Assembly: GCA_001724265.1 (NCBI GenBank)
Contig: MEDY01000330.1
Location: 1-47,497 of the forward strand
Direction of reading: 5' to 3'
From: Rhizaria sp. SCN 62-66
Taxonomy: Eukaryota
DNA: 47,497 nt
Shown: positions 20,957 through 35,200 of the stretch, in pieces
Numbering within the stretch: the first letter of the stretch is position 1
Layout of the letters: each line of letters starts with the position of its first letter
The notes under the pieces: model-generated
Databases searched by the model: none
Seen by the model: only the letters and a program-made list of their open reading frames with translations
What the model was told of the DNA's origin: nothing
Position numbers and translations under genes: made by a program

Positions 20957-23861
20957 ATGCCCCGCTTGCGCGCGTCCGCGCTGACTCTTGCCGCCGCGCT
21001 CTGTGTCGCTCTCATCGCACTCATGCTCGCTGTCGTGCCCGCCGTCGCCGCTGGTGATTCTGCCACAGTCGATTCCCTTACCTCGCTGTCGACCGCTTCG
21101 AGCCACCCCCTGGCGGCCCGCTTCCGCGCCCTCGGCCTCGCCGCGGCGCCCCAGGACGACTCCGTTGTTGGCGCGGGCGACGATAAAGACGGTGGCACGA
21201 GCGGCGGCGACGGCGGCGGTAGTGGCGCTGAGGAAGAAACCGCGCCCATCCTTCCCCCCGCCAACGCGCTGCACTGCTCGCCGCCGCTGTTCGGCGTCCC
21301 CATCTTCGGCGGCGGCTCGCACTCGCGCTACATGCGCTCCACCTACCCCGAGCGCGCCACGATCGCCCAGCGCGGGGTCGGCGCGCTGCTGCTTGTCGTG
21401 CTGCTGGTCTGGGCGGCGGTGTTCGCCCGCAAGCTCGCAGTGCGCAAGGGCTTCGTCGTCACCGGCCTCATCCAAATGGCCACCGGGTATGTCTTCTATA
21501 CGTTCGTTATGATGAAAACATGATAAATCACGCTAATAGTAGATATTGTATAGTATATCGCTTCTTCACCACTGACACACTCATTTTGTCTTCTTATATT
21601 GTTGAATTGTCCTTTCTCCTCTCTTTGCGTTGTCGTTGTCTCGCAGCCTGTTCCTGCTCCTGTGGCTGACCGTCTTCCTTGCTCCCGGCGCGGGCTCGCG
21701 GCTGATGTGGTACCTCTGGCGCGACGTCTCCCAGTGGCAGAACGGCGCCATCGCGCTCTCACTACTCGCCGCGGGCGCCGTCGACCTCTCGATCGGCCTC
21801 GCCACGCTGTCCTCCCCGCGCTGGCACTTGGTCTGGGCCGCGCTCTGCGCCGCCGCTGCCGTTATGCACCTCGCACGGCTGCAGTCGCTGGCGAACCCCA
21901 TGCAGCTGAACGCACCCGAGGACAGCTTTGCGCTTCGGCTCGCGCTTGCAGCCGCCGCGCTGGTCGCGATCGGCGCCGCTGTCGTGATGAGGTACCAGGG
22001 CAACGGGTGGATGTGGGCTACGGCGGGCGCGCCCAACTGCTCGCTCACGGTCCTCGACGGCTCTGGCCTGCGCAAACACGTTGTCATTACCATCGCGGAC
22101 CCCAACGCTTCTGCTTCATCGACGAACAGTGTTGAGAACAGCGTCAACGGCAGCTCAAACACCAATCCCAATACCACTACCACTGCCGCTTCAGCTACTG
22201 CGGCCCCTGCGAAGGTTCCTAAGACTGCCAAGGGGAAGCGTCTCGCCGCCGCCGCTGCCGCCGCCGCGGCCGCCGCGCTGCCTCAGGTTCCCGCTGGCTT
22301 TACTCTGCTGCCGCCGCCGCCGCTGCCGCCGTTTTGGTCCCATCTGCCCACGCTCTCCGGCATCGCGGCCCTCGCGGTGGCGGCGTTGCTTCTGTTTCCC
22401 GCACTGCCCGCCGAGCAGTACCACTTCGGCGTCGGCCCCGAGTGCAACGGCCACGTCGTCCCCACGCTGCTGTTGGCCGTCTTCGCGCTCGGCGTCGTCG
22501 TCGCTGTCCTCACACTGGGCTGCTGGCGCGGCGTGCGCGCGCGGTTCCTCACCCACGCCATGCTCGTTGTGCGCCACACTCGCGAGGCCGACACCGCTGC
22601 CGCAGCCGCCGCGGCCGCGCAGGCGGCGCATGATGACGACGGCGAAGGCACCGGCGGCGGCAACACTCGTCGCCGCGGTGGTGGCAAGGCCGGAAAGGGT
22701 GGCGCTAAGGGCAAGAAGGGCTCAGCTGCTAGCGTCAAGAAGGGCGGACAAGGATCCAAGCCGGCCGCCGCCCGCATCAGCGCCCACAGCATCAATGGCA
22801 TCAACAGCAGCGCTCGTAGCAGTGAGGCGTCGCAGGGCAGCGTGAGTACCGGAACCCATGCCGGCGTGTTGACCGCTGGCGTCTCTGCGGGCAGCGCGGC
22901 CGAGGCCAAGGTGCTCTCCCGCTGGGACTACAGCTACGACGACGACCGGTTTCTGCTTTCCGACGCGTTCCTCACCGAGCACCACGGCCGCAGCGAGTTC
23001 TTGTCGTTCCTCTGGTGCCAGGGCAGCAAGCGCGCGCGCAAAGCCAACCGCGGCCTGTTGCTGACCGCCTCTGGCTCTGAGGCGCTCGAAGTGATCGCTC
23101 TGCCGTCCCGCCCCCAGCGCCGGTCCACGGCCCTCGCGTCTGCCGTCCTGCGGCGCTACGGCAAGTGCGGCATGCTCTGCGCGTTCTTGCGCTTCTCCAC
23201 GGTGTTTTGCTGCGGGTTCACCTACTTCGCGTGCTGCGTGACCGTGGGCGGCGCGTGCGTGCGGGGTGGCGGGCCGTGCTGTCGCGCCGACGCCAGCCGC
23301 TTCGGCGCCGACGGCGACGAGGGGACTGAGGACGGCGCGCTGGTTGGCGGCGATGACGAGGGCGCTGAGGCGCGGCGCGGGCTGAACAACAACGCGGCGG
23401 GCCGCTACAACGACGATCTTTTCGACAACGACGACGAGTCCAACGATGATGACGACGACGACGACGACGACGATGACGACGACGACGAGGATGATGAGGA
23501 CGAGGACAAGGAGGACGACGAGACGGACGTCGAGGTTGGCAGCAGCGGTGCCGTGAACAACGCTGCCGACGGCGACAGCGACGCTGGCACAAGCGGGACT
23601 AAGGGTGCTGACAAGAAGGGTAAGGGCGCCGCTAAGGGCCGCGGTGGCAAGTCCAAGGGCTCGTCTAAGGGCGGTGCGCTTGAGCTGGCCGCACTGCGTG
23701 TTTTCTCCACGGGCAACGCGGACAGCGAGGACGAGGACGACCGTAACAACAACGATGACGATGACGATGACCAAGACGACGGTCTCGGTCAAACTCAGCA
23801 CGCTGTTGCCGCCAATGATGGCTTCGATGCCATGTTCGGCACGGGTGTGTTTGAGATCTGA
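20957..23861 (+). CDS. ~914-aa multi-pass membrane protein with signal peptide and acidic C-terminal tail, family not recognised; exons 20957..21486, 21647..23861
   Basis: Hydrophobic leader MPRLRASALTLAAALCVALIALMLAVVPAVAA; about 7-8 hydrophobic segments; phase-2 intron GTATGT...TCGCAG; Cys-rich stretch VFCCGFTYFACCV; poly-Asp tract. Ends TGA. Confidence 0.8.
23444..23522 (+). repeat. GAC/GAT/GAG trinucleotide tract encoding a poly-Asp/Glu run
   Basis: gatgatgacgacgacgacgac... read directly from the sequence. Confidence 0.85.
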
Positions 23862-24781
23862 GTTAAAACACATGCGCTCGTCGGCTGCACTAAAACAACA
23901 GCTCTCGCTATGTACCAACATGTGCCTCTTTGTTCGGTTAGAAATACTTTTTCACTTAATATTTTGTTTTCTATTTTTTTGCCCTATTGTTGTCATCATA
24001 ATGCAACATTTGTGGTTTTATATGTCGTGGTTGTGGTTGTTTCACAATTGGTTGCTTTGATGTTGCCGTTGTGTTTCTGATGAGAAACGCAAACCAAACA
24101 CAACATCACCATTAGTATGAACAACAACGTTCCTTTGTGTGCCGTATTTTTTCAAAGCAACATATTTTTATTCGTTTGCCAATGTTATGTTTCTGTTCTG
24201 TCTCTTAAAAATAGGTTTAACTCGAACTGGTCACTCGCGTCATCAACAACTTCAGCGTCCCTAGACAGCGCTGTTTGAAGTGCTTGCAACTGTTGCTGTT
24301 GGTGATGATAATAGTGTCATCACGTTTACGCTTTTTTATATATTGTATCTGTCTTGTATTTTTTTGTTAATATGCATGCTTATGTGTGCATATGCTTTCA
24401 GTCCGTTTGTGGTCATCCATTCAAATGCAATAGCACCATAGTTCTATCGTCACGCCATCAACAACACCTAGGTAAGCATGCAAAGTCGTATCAAAGAACA
24501 AACAATAAACAACTTTTCTTGTCTCCACTCCGAATTCTTTCTGAGCACTGTACATCGACAGCGTTACAATATGTTACGATCGTTGTATTCACACAAATGA
24601 TAGATCTACAAGTTAGTCTTTGCAAGTAGTCGCAATAAGATGACTGGCCATGCACATCATGTTTAGCACATCACATTCGATCGAGATCATCATAGAAGAA
24701 GTCAAACCATCGTACGTGTTTGCGCTCACAGTCACAAACTGTTCACAGTCGCATTAGCTCTCTCGCAGGCAGCGAGTCACT

Positions 24782-26422
24782 TCAATCCTTGTTTTGGCTC
24801 TGGCTGAGCTTCTTCTCCTCCTCATCCCTGCGCCGCGCCTCAGCCGCGGCCCGGAAGCCCTTGTCACTGACGCCGAGCCACTCGAACGCGTTGCGCCACA
24901 GGATCCCCGCCTTCTCCTCCTCGGTCAGGATCGCGGTCTCGGCGACCAGCTTGCCGGGGGCCTGCTCGCCCAAGGGGAACGGGTAGTCGCTGCCTAGCAC
25001 GATCTTGCCGCCGGTTCCAAAAAGCGTGTTGATTGTGGTCAGCGCGGACTCGTCGTGCACCAGAGAGTCAATCCAGAACGAGTCCAAGTATTCGCGGGGG
25101 TTGCGCGCGCCGTCCACAGCGACCTGTAAGTGAAACATAAGCACATAACAATAAAGCAATTAAAGAGACTTGATAAGATGTGCTGCGGCAGAATTTGAGT
25201 TAAACGTATTAAATTTTGTCAAGATGCATTTGATTGAGTGATATATACTAGATTTCCATTTGCTTTGTGAAGAGTCGTTGGACGTACAAGGTCGGGGCGG
25301 CAGTTGAAGCCGTGCTCGATGCGTCCGAGCGTGCCAGGGAACGAGCCGCCGCCATGCGCAAACATCACACGCAGATTGGGCAACTTATCAAACATGCGGG
25401 AGAAGATGAGCGAGCAGATGGCCATCGTGGTCTCCATCGGCATGCCAACGAGCCACGGCAGCCAGTACTTGGACGTCGTCTCGGGCCGCGGCATGTTCCA
25501 CGGGTGGATAAATACGGCCGCGCCAATCTCAGCGCAGGCCTCAAAGATGGGATAGAACTCCGGGTCCGACAACTGGCGCCCGTTGACGTTGGAGCCGATC
25601 TCCACGCCCGCGAGGCCGAGCGCCATGAGGCGGCGCAGCTCGGCGACGGCGAGCTCCGGGTGGGTCATCGGCAGCGTGCCGAGCCCGATGAAGCGGGTCG
25701 GGTGGGCGCGACACACGGCGGCGATCTCGTCGTTGATGCGCTGGGCGAGATCGAGCGCGTCGTCGGGGTCGGACCAGTAGCTAAACATGACGGGGACCGT
25801 GGAGATGACCTGCACATCGACGTCCGTCGCCTCCATGTCGGCGATGCTGATCCGGCGAGAGGGAAAGGAGAAAAGGGAAAAGTGATGACGTGAGACAAAT
25901 ATGCATGGATTCCGATCATAAAATAACATTGTGCGAAGACATGATAAATGCAAGTGAATAGAGGATGTTAGCATTGCCAAAGTAGTCATTAAGTGCGATT
26001 CGGTAGTTGGAAGTATTGTCGGAGACGTACCGGGCCTCGGCAGAGAAGCAGTTCTCCTCAACCTCGCGGAAGAAGCGGCCGTTCTGGAACATCCTGACGT
26101 TGCAGGAGCCGGAGCAGGGCTCGAAGGAAACGTACTGCGGGGCTTGCTCGTTGGAGTTGGAGTTACCGTTCTCGCTCTCGCCGCCCGAGTTGTGCTGTTG
26201 CTGCTGCTGCTTGTAGGAGAGGTAGTAGTCCGGGGGCAGCGACGAAGGGAGGATGTGAGTGTGGCAATCAATGCGGAGGTGGCGGCGGTGGGCCGGGGCC
26301 GCGGCGCCGGCGTTAGACGCGGCAGGGGTGGCGACCGCGGTGTCGGGGCTGCCATGCGAGTGAGAGCACGGCTTCGCGCCGCCAGAGGTGGGCGTGGGGG
26401 AGGACTCAGGGTCGGTAGACAT
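24782..26422 (-). CDS. ACMSD: 2-amino-3-carboxymuconate-6-semialdehyde decarboxylase (amidohydrolase superfamily, kynurenine pathway), ~430 aa; exons 26422..26031, 25846..25288, 25123..24782
   Basis: RIDCHTHILP (metal-binding HxH), GRFFREVEENCF, VQVISTVPVMFSYW, RFIGLGTLPM, FIHPW, KYWLPWLVGMPMETT, FAHGGGSFPGTLGRIEHGF, DSLVHD, LGSDYPFPLGE. Two GTACGT..CAG introns keep the frame. Ends TGA. Confidence 0.95.
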
Positions 26423-27013
26423 GAGATACCTGCAGTGAACACGTGGTTGCAGAAGTAGAACGGCCGTAATGTGTGATTTGACGAATTTGAAGTGAGTATA
26501 TGTAAGAAAAAGAACAAAAAAGCGAAGAAACACAAAGGGACAAGGGGGGAGTAGGAAGAGACTTGAGGAGGGCGCTATAACGAGTAATTATAAGGTAACA
26601 TATAAAAATCAAAGGGTATCTGACACATAAAACCTGGATAATGTCGTTTAAGTCATGGTTGACGACGGTGAAGGGTAGACGAATGTCAGGATAAACGACC
26701 CAGTCAAAGGTCTTGGTCGCGTCAGAAACAAAATGCTGTATCCATGGACCGGAGCCACACGTCGAAATAAAGAATATTGAAGCTAAAACAACATTTCTAG
26801 AATTATTATATCTTATTTTGACTAGAAATCTCAAGTTTAAGTATCATTGTAAAATTAAGCTTCTGTTGACGATCATTGTGTGTTTCTATGAGCATTTTTC
26901 TCTCGTTGCTGACTCTCCCAAATTTGGAACACTCTTTTGCATCAACTCGTCCAGTAGCTCTGCCAAACCGTTCTGCATTGAGCTGCTGCATTGTTCAATC
27001 GCTGCTACTAAGC

Positions 27014-28005
27014 ATGTCCTTTCCTGTGTACGATGTGGACACGGCATCCGGTGCGCATACCCCGCGTGTGTTGTCCTTTTCGCATGCGCTGCCTCAGGGC
27101 CCTATTCGGTTACTCAAGGACCAGCTCCTCCGCCTCGCGGCGCATGACCTAACCCACATCCCTAGCTCTGTTGCGAAGCCAATCACGGGCTCGCCCGAAG
27201 AGGTGATGAATGGCGCAGGACTTGCACCGCTTAACGAGCTCCGCGCGACGGCACGCTGGCTCTCGCTGCCGTCACCTTCTCGGCTCTCAAACAGCGGCGG
27301 CAGTGACAGTGAGCCGCCGATGTTGACGTCAGTGGAGCAAGCTGTGCAGTGGCTCGACGCCGCCGTTGCGACGACCCTCTGCAGCAAGAGCACCACGGGA
27401 TACTGCGTTAATACGCCAGTTGAGGTTGTGTATAGCGTCTCGTTCGTCCGCAACGGCTCTGTCCAGAACACCCCTAGCGCGGGCAATGATAATGTCAGCA
27501 CCTGTGGCAACCCACTCATTGCTCACCCGCCTGCTCTTCCAGGTTGCGGCAGCAACGTCAAGGTGCGCGCTTTGCTCTCGCTTGGTCACATCACGCTGCC
27601 GTCCTCGAGCGCGAACAACACCAGTCGCAACAACAGCGTCAGCAGCGTGAGCCACGTCCAGGACATCGTGCTTCCCTCACTCAGCAGCAACGCGAACAGT
27701 CACGGCCACAGCTCGAGTGCGAGTGCAAGTGCCAGTGTGAGTGCGAACCCTGAGGCCATTGCATGGGCTCTCAAGCAAGTCTCCGCCCCTGCACCCGTCC
27801 CCGCCAACGCCAACGCCGACTCCAGTGCTGGGGTTCCTAACAGCAGCGCAGTGACCCAGCTCTGGCCTGCACTCGACAACAACACAAGCGATGTTGTTGC
27901 GGATAAGCATGGCACCGCCGATGGCGCTAGTGCTGTTAGAGGCAATAACGCGTGGGCAGTCGTGTACCCGCCCTCTCTTGCCCTCGCCCAGCTCCACTCA
28001 ACGCC

Positions 28006-28036
<31 letters not shown>

Positions 28037-31000
28037 TCTGTCCACGCGAGTGGCGCTGACGCCACGGCCAGTGGCGAGTCCACAGAGACCGCAGCGCACA
28101 CCGCGGTGGCACGCGCTCTCGGCGTGCACACTGCGCAGCTCCGCGCACTCGCGGCCTCAGTCTCCGCGGCGATGGACACGCCGCTCGATCTCTCGTCGAT
28201 GACGAGTGACTTGCAGCAGGCAATCGAGGCCAAGGATCGCGCGCGCGCTGCCGACGCCGCCGTCGCAGTGCTGCACGTTGCCTGGGTCAGTAGCTCCGCG
28301 GCCGCCACCGCAAACACCGCCGCTAGTAGAGCCAGTACTCCTGACCTCAGCGACTGCAACAGCAACAGCAACAGCGACAGCAACAGCGTTCGCGCGACGG
28401 AGAAGAACGCCGCGGCTAAGTCCGCGCTGTTCCTCCCGACGCTGACCGAGATGCTGGCGAGGGGCGCGTCTGTGAGCCAGTCTGCCGCCGCTAGCGCAAC
28501 TGCAGCGGCGCAGTCTGAAGTGCTGCGGTCCCTGAAGCCTCTGCATCCGCACCCGTTGAGCCGGCTCGAGCAGCTGCTGCGGGCCGGCGGCGCGCGGCTG
28601 CTGCGGCTGCCGTTGCCGCGCGCGCTGCCCGGCGCCGTCGTCGCGACGGTGACCGCGGACGGCGCTGTGAGCACGCCGGCCGCGGCCATGACTGCCACGG
28701 TCACAGCCCTGCCGTCGCTGGCCTCGGCAGCCCAGGGCGGGGTGCTCAGGACCGGCGCGAACGGCTCTGCTGCTGCGAATGCTGCGACGGTTGCTCCGAT
28801 CATCTTCTCGAATGACAATCCAAGTGCGTCTGGCGTCTCCAGCGCGACGATTGCCAATGCAAACGGTGCTCAGAATGTAAGGACTCCCGCCGCAAGTGTG
28901 AGTGCCGCCACACCTGCTGGATCCGCCCCGCTGCCCCGCTCTCACTCCCAACAGTCGCACTCCTTGTCACAGCAACAGCAGCAGCAGCATCAGCAGCAGC
29001 CCGTGCTTAGCGTCTGCAGTGACTCCATTGCAGGCGCGTTCATCGCTTCACGGAGCTTCCCCCGCGACGTCCCCCGCGCCGCGCTGCCGCCCGCCGCACT
29101 TGTCTCGGCCGCTCTCACGGGCCCCGCGGCGCTGGCTATTGCGCGCGCGCACTCCGCGCTTACGACGCTGTGCCCGGCGCTGCCGCTCGCGCGCTCCTGC
29201 GACTCCCTGCACTCCGCGAACCAGACTGCGACTGCGGCTGTGGGGCTCGCCGTCAGTGGCGGTGGACAGGAGAGCTGCTGGGTGCCGGCGCCCGCGGTCA
29301 GCGCGCCCGGGAGCCGGTACTGGCCACTGGCGCCGCGGCACCTGCTGCCGACGCTGCCGTTTGTCGACCTCGGCTTTGTCCCGGCCTGGGCGCTCGCCAC
29401 CGCTGCCGCTGTTCAAAACAGCGATTCCAACACGAACCCTGTGAATGTGGTCGCGGAGGCGAGTTCCATCGTCACTGCTGCTGTTGAGGGCAGTGTGGAG
29501 GTGATTCCCGCACGTATCGCGGTCGAGTCAAGTGCCGCAAATGCTTCCTCTGTGGTGTCACTGCCGCTGCTGAAGCCCGCTGCCAAGAAGGCTGGCGGCG
29601 CCATTGTCTGTCAATACTGCGCGAACAACGATGGTGGTAACACCACAACCAACGACGATGACGAGGATGAGGAGGTGCTGTGCTACCCAGTGTTTGCGAG
29701 CGAGTACATCACGCCCACGCCTCAAATCCTTGCAACGCTAAGCAATACTAACAGTGCGCACGCCACCAGTGCATCTGCGAAGCCTGCTCCTGGTAGCGGC
29801 AGTGTCGGCGTTAAGTTCAGCTTTGCGCGCAGCAACCGCGCCGGCGCCGACGCCACAGCCGCTGCCGCAGCCGCCGACCGTTCCTCTTTCACCACCGGCT
29901 CCAGCTCTAACGGCGCCATTGCTGGCAGTGGCAATGACAGCTCTCGTGGGTCCACTGGCGGCGCCTCTGGCAGCAGTGGTGCGGGCAGCGAGTGGGCTAG
30001 TGAGCTGCCCTTCGACGTCTGCGTCGGTTACCGCTGCAGCAACCCGCACTGCCCCGACGCCACCGCCGCCGCCGCCGCTGCAGCCGCGGCCGCGCCCACG
30101 CTCGGTTGCGCAGTGAGCGCGCTGCTGGCGCGGACCCTGGAGCTCCGCGCACGCGCTGCGACGCTGTTCTACTCGAAGCTCCTGCCACTTATTGCGCCCC
30201 GCTTAGCCAACACATACAGCGACTCTAATGCGGAAGCTGTGAGTCTATGCGGCGGCCGCGTAAGTGTGCGCGCCACGCACGTCGCTCTGCTGTCTCGTGC
30301 CCTCCGTGCAGCGCCGTTTTTTCTCGCTGGCAAGCCGTTCCCCGCGTCGATCAGCGCCCGCGCCGCCGCCGCCGCCGCGCATGCGGACGACGACACGGGC
30401 GCGCGCAGGGACGTCGGCGCCGCTCTCCGCGCATTGCTCTGCGACGCTAACGATCTTTTGGAGGAAGCCAACGACGCGCTTGGCGCGTCTCACTTCCTCT
30501 TTACTCTACTGCACGCAGATATTGCCGTTTTGACCGCGATTACCGCCCCCGTGAGCGACAACAAGCCTCACACCGGCGCCGGCGCTGGCGCTGGCGCGGG
30601 CTCTCACAGTGGAAGCACTGGTCCTGGCGCTAGCGCTGGCGCTGGTGACCATGGTACGGGCGCGGTCGCCGAGCTTGCGCCGGGCCGTGCGCCCGTGGAC
30701 GCGGCGTCGAGCGCCAGGTACGCGCGCGACGTCGCCGAGGAGCTGTGCTCGGACGTGCCGGCAGGACCTTTGCTCGCGCGTACCGCCACACATGACCTCC
30801 ACAGCCTCAGCAGCGCCGACGGTAAGGATACCGGTGTGAGCGCTCAGGAGCTGTTGGGCGTGCGGTCCACCGCGGCGGGCGCCGTGGCGGCGCTGCGACT
30901 GCTCACGGTCACACTGCTGGCGCGCGCGTGGCAGGGCACCGCGGCGGTTGAGGCCGCGCAGAGCGAGTACGGCCAGTGGTGGCCCGCGGGCGCCGCTGCC

Positions 31001-31717
31001 GCCGCGATGACGGCGCCGTCGCGCGGCAGCACTGCAGGGCTCGGCGGCGCTGCAGCGGCGGCTCTGGGGAAGGCGGTGACGGCGCCGTTCGTGGTTGCGG
31101 CGTGCTCAGCGTGTCCGCGCTCACACAGGCACGCGCGCTTCTTTGTCTACAACGGGCCTGGTGTCAGTGCGAGCTCTGCGGAGGCCACGGTGGGCGCTGT
31201 TAACGTGGGCCGCGGGAGATGGGTTGAGCTGGCTCTGAGCCCGGCCCTGCACCGGCAGCGCGACATCAGTGCACTCCCGGACGCGTCGTTGCTGCCGCAG
31301 ACACTTGCTCGTCTTGCTGCCGCACCGTGTCTCTGCCACTCTACATTTACGCGCGCTCAAAACGCCCAGCAGTCGACTGTCATGAGTGGACTCGGCGTCG
31401 ACGCTGGAGACGCGTATAGCCGCAGTACTAGCGGTGTCACGAGTTCCAGTGCAGCCGCGCTCGGCGCGAGTCCTGAGCTGCTGGAGGCGCCGCTGGGCTG
31501 GCGACTTTTTGCGTCATTGGTGCCCGCCGTGTCTGACGACTCCATCCCGGCGCCCGGCACGCTCTCCGGTCTGTCTAGCGCGTCCACGACCGGTGCGGTG
31601 GCTGGGGCTGGGGCGGCCGGTGCCGGAGCGACCGGAATCGGTGGAGCTGGGATGCACACGGGCTCGTTCAGGGCGCTCGCACAAGCGTTAGGCGCACAGC
31701 AACAACAACACAACTAA
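27014..31717 (+). CDS. ~1567-aa intronless hypothetical Ala/Ser-rich protein with scattered Cys pairs
   Basis: Long open frame from ATG 27014 (MSFPVYDVD) with coding-like GC content, flanked by AT-rich DNA. Cys clusters IVCQYC, YRCSNPHC, ACSAC and PCLC. No family recognised. Ends TAA. Confidence 0.75.
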
Positions 31718-32284
31718 AACTCAAGATTATATAAGACTCATGTGTATTCGCATGTCATTGTAGCGATCGGGCATTGGCACCCACGAACGAGTACTGCAAA
31801 GCAGGCAGAATCCAAACAATTGTTTTGAGAGATTTCGTCCTCAAATAACAAAAAATCAATCTTAAATAGTGATATGATACACAATGACTAATTGGGTATA
31901 TATGAACTCATCTTGCGTCCTTGTACAGCCCTCCCTCATCGTTCACCGCAAACAACCTGCACACGTTGGACGAAATTTTGTTAAATTGATGCTTGTGTTG
32001 GTTGTGAGATAATATTAACCTCAAATGCAACTACTCACCACATTTGTTTCGTCGTAGAGTGCTTCGTTTGAGTCGATCTGGCCTGTGTGAGACACTGATA
32101 GGGGTCATCATTGGTCATGGTGAACTTAAAGCGTGTCGGACGTGACTGCTGATAAGATAAAAATGATCGACAGTTCAAGTTTCACAGTGTACAAGTATGT
32201 AGAGAATATGTATTCAGACATCCAAACTAAAGAAAGTCGATGGTTTGCAAAATTAAAAGTGATTCGCTGTTTTGACGCCTAAAA

Positions 32285-35200
32285 TCATTGCTGAATGCGC
32301 GCATAAGATAGCGAGACTGCGGTAGGACCGGCGATGTTGGCATTGCTGCCACGGCGGCTCCATTGAACCTGTGGCGGCGGTTGCTGCGGTTGCTGTTGTT
32401 GTGAAGGCGGCGGGGCGGGAGCGGCGATGCTGATGCCACCAGGGCCAATTAATATGTGCTGCTGCTGTTGTTGCTGTTGCTCTTGCTGTTGTTGTTGATG
32501 CAAGTGCCATGGTTTCGCTTGCTGCGGTTGGAAATGCGGCTGCGGCTGCAACTGCTCCCCCAGCGGCAACGGTGGATACAGTTGTTGTTGACGTGGCATC
32601 ACCTGCTGATTGAGATGTTGCTGCGCTGGATGTTGTTGTTGCTGCTGTTGCGGCCAAGCAGTGTAAGCCTGCTGATACGGCGGCTGCCACTGCGGCAACT
32701 GCTGCGTGTACAGCTGCGCCTGGGTTTGGGCTTGCGACTGGGCGCTTACAGCTGAGTGTTGTTGATACAAGGGTTGTTTCTGGCTGCTGTAAACATAAGC
32801 AGGGTTCGAACTTGGTGCAAACTGATTGGGAGCAGGATGGTAACCGTGACCGTGAGCGTTTTGTTGACTGTTAGCAGCAGACTGCCAGGGAGGCAACGAC
32901 ACCGCAGCCGGCGCAGACAAAGGTGGCACTAGCGCTTGCCGCTGTGACACGGTTATTGCGGCACCGTTGGCAGCAGTTGCAATACCACCGCTGATGTAGT
33001 TGATCGCGTTCATCGAGCCAAAAGTTGATGGCGCTAGGGGATCGGCGTCCGCACTCGCTGCATCGGTCGTAGTCGCTGCCGGAACCTGGAAGCCCCAGCG
33101 CAAAGCAACAGCAGCCGCAAGCCCCGTCACACCGCTAACACCAGCACCAGCGCCGTTGTGAGGGCCAGTGTTGTTTGACGCCGGTGCAGAGTTTGAGATG
33201 AGAACGTTATTAACATCTGTCTGCGGAGGCACGTCGTTGATGCTTGTGTTGCTGCCCCTCCGGAGGCCTAACGACAACGCGTTCCGCGCTGACGCCAAAC
33301 CCACAGGACCGTCGCTCGGAGTGGTTTCAGAGAGGCCGGCATAGAACGCAATCTCGCGATTGTCAGGAGCAAGCTGGCCCACTGTCAGCTGCGACTGCGG
33401 CTGCGGCGGCAGGGGCAGGGCGTGAGCGGGCACTGTAAACCGCTTGTGCAGAGCCTTCGCAAGCGGAGAAGCGCCAAGCCCGCCGGCCGCTGCGCTCATA
33501 ACACCGACGCTGACACCAACTCTCATGCCAGCGCCAGTGCCAATACCGCTATTGACCGCAGTGCTGTTGTTGCTGGCAGCGGTGACCGCGGCTAAGAGCG
33601 CGCGCGTGCCCGGCGCAAAGGGGGACTTGACCGGGGATAGCTGGCTGCGCGCAGCGAAGTGACTGTGAGCAGATGGGTGCCCGTAGGTAGTGGCCGTCGC
33701 TGGCGTTGCCCGTCCGTGAGCCGCAGGGGTCTGGTGACCGTGGGCAGCGGCGGGCAGGTGACTGTACGCACGGGGGTGCGCCGGCGTGACGGGCGTCGGC
33801 GGCAGTGCGGCAGCGGGGGGCAGCGGGCGACGGCTATGCGCAACACTAGCCGCGCTGTCAGTGCTGACAGCGTTATTCGCGATAAGCCCGTGGTTTTGCT
33901 CTTCATGTTGCTGTTGTTGCTGTTGCTGCTGCTGTTGCTGATGCGGGGTGACCGGCTCATCGGCAGGATCGTTCGCATGCACAACACTAACATTTTCATC
34001 ACCAGCCACCTGAGAAGCAACAGCGCCGCGCAGAGGCGACAGAGACGCCAAGCCAAAGTACTGATGCGCGCGAGATTGGTGTTGCATTGGAGATGAAAGC
34101 GCGTGCGCTCGCTCCCGCGCCTGGGCGGCCTGGGCCAACTCATAGTGCATCGGTGCCGACTCGTTGGCTTGCAGAGGAGCCATGCGGCGCGAGCCCAACG
34201 ACAGCACCGCGGTCGCATGAGGCCGAGACAGAGCTGTCGGCACCTGGTGATGTGTTTGCTCTTGCTGTTGTTGTGGCTGTGGCTGAACTGAATGCGGCCC
34301 TTCTTGGTGAAGCTGCTGCCGATGGTACGCGGAGGGCGGCGTTCGTGGCTGCTCATCGCTCAGAGCCTGCTTCGTAGAGTTACTCGAACTCGCGGTCATA
34401 AGCAAAGGCATGTTCACGAACCCAGTGACGTTATTCGCGCTTGCGCTGCCAGAGCCCGCGGTGGTATCGCTGCTGGTAGCAGGAGGCGTGAGCAGAACGG
34501 GTGGCAGCGGCAGCGGCAGCCTGACCTTGGCAACCGCAGCGGACGCCACCGGGATGGGAAACACGACATACCGCGACGGCGACACGGCGAGCCCGCGCGC
34601 GGCGTCCACCAGCACGTTACCTTCTGCCGCCCCCGCCTCGGCCATAGTAATCACGGCGCGCTGTGGCGAGCGCGGGGAGAACACGCGGCCGTCGGAGGCG
34701 ACGAGCGGGGCGCTGACGTCAGCAAAGCTCGTGTTGGTGCTGCCCGCGGTGTTTGCTCTGCTGCCGCCGCGAACTAGAGGACTGAGGAGAGGAGAGCGCA
34801 CACGGCCCGGTGAGTGCGCGGCGGCGGGGGGAGTGTGCAGCTGAGGAGTGATCGAGAGATGGGCGCCAATGCGCACAAGCGGGTGACCGTGAGTGTCGAC
34901 GAACTGACCGTGAGCCTGAGTAGCGAACGCGTCAGAGTCGGGGCAAACCGCAAAGCTTCCAGCAGCAGCTGCGGCAGCACTGTCAACGTCGTTGTTGTCT
35001 TCGCCGTTATCATCGGTGACAGAGCCGAGAGCACTGCTCATGGGCTTGGCTGGCGACGACCACGGTGAGTGCCATGCGTTCCCGCTGCCCGAGCTGGCGT
35101 CACTGCTGCTCGCAGGCCTAGAGCGACCGTGCTGTTGCTGATTCTCTTGCTGCTGACGCTGCTGTTGCTGTTGCTCGCTGCGCATTTGGTTTGCGTGCCA

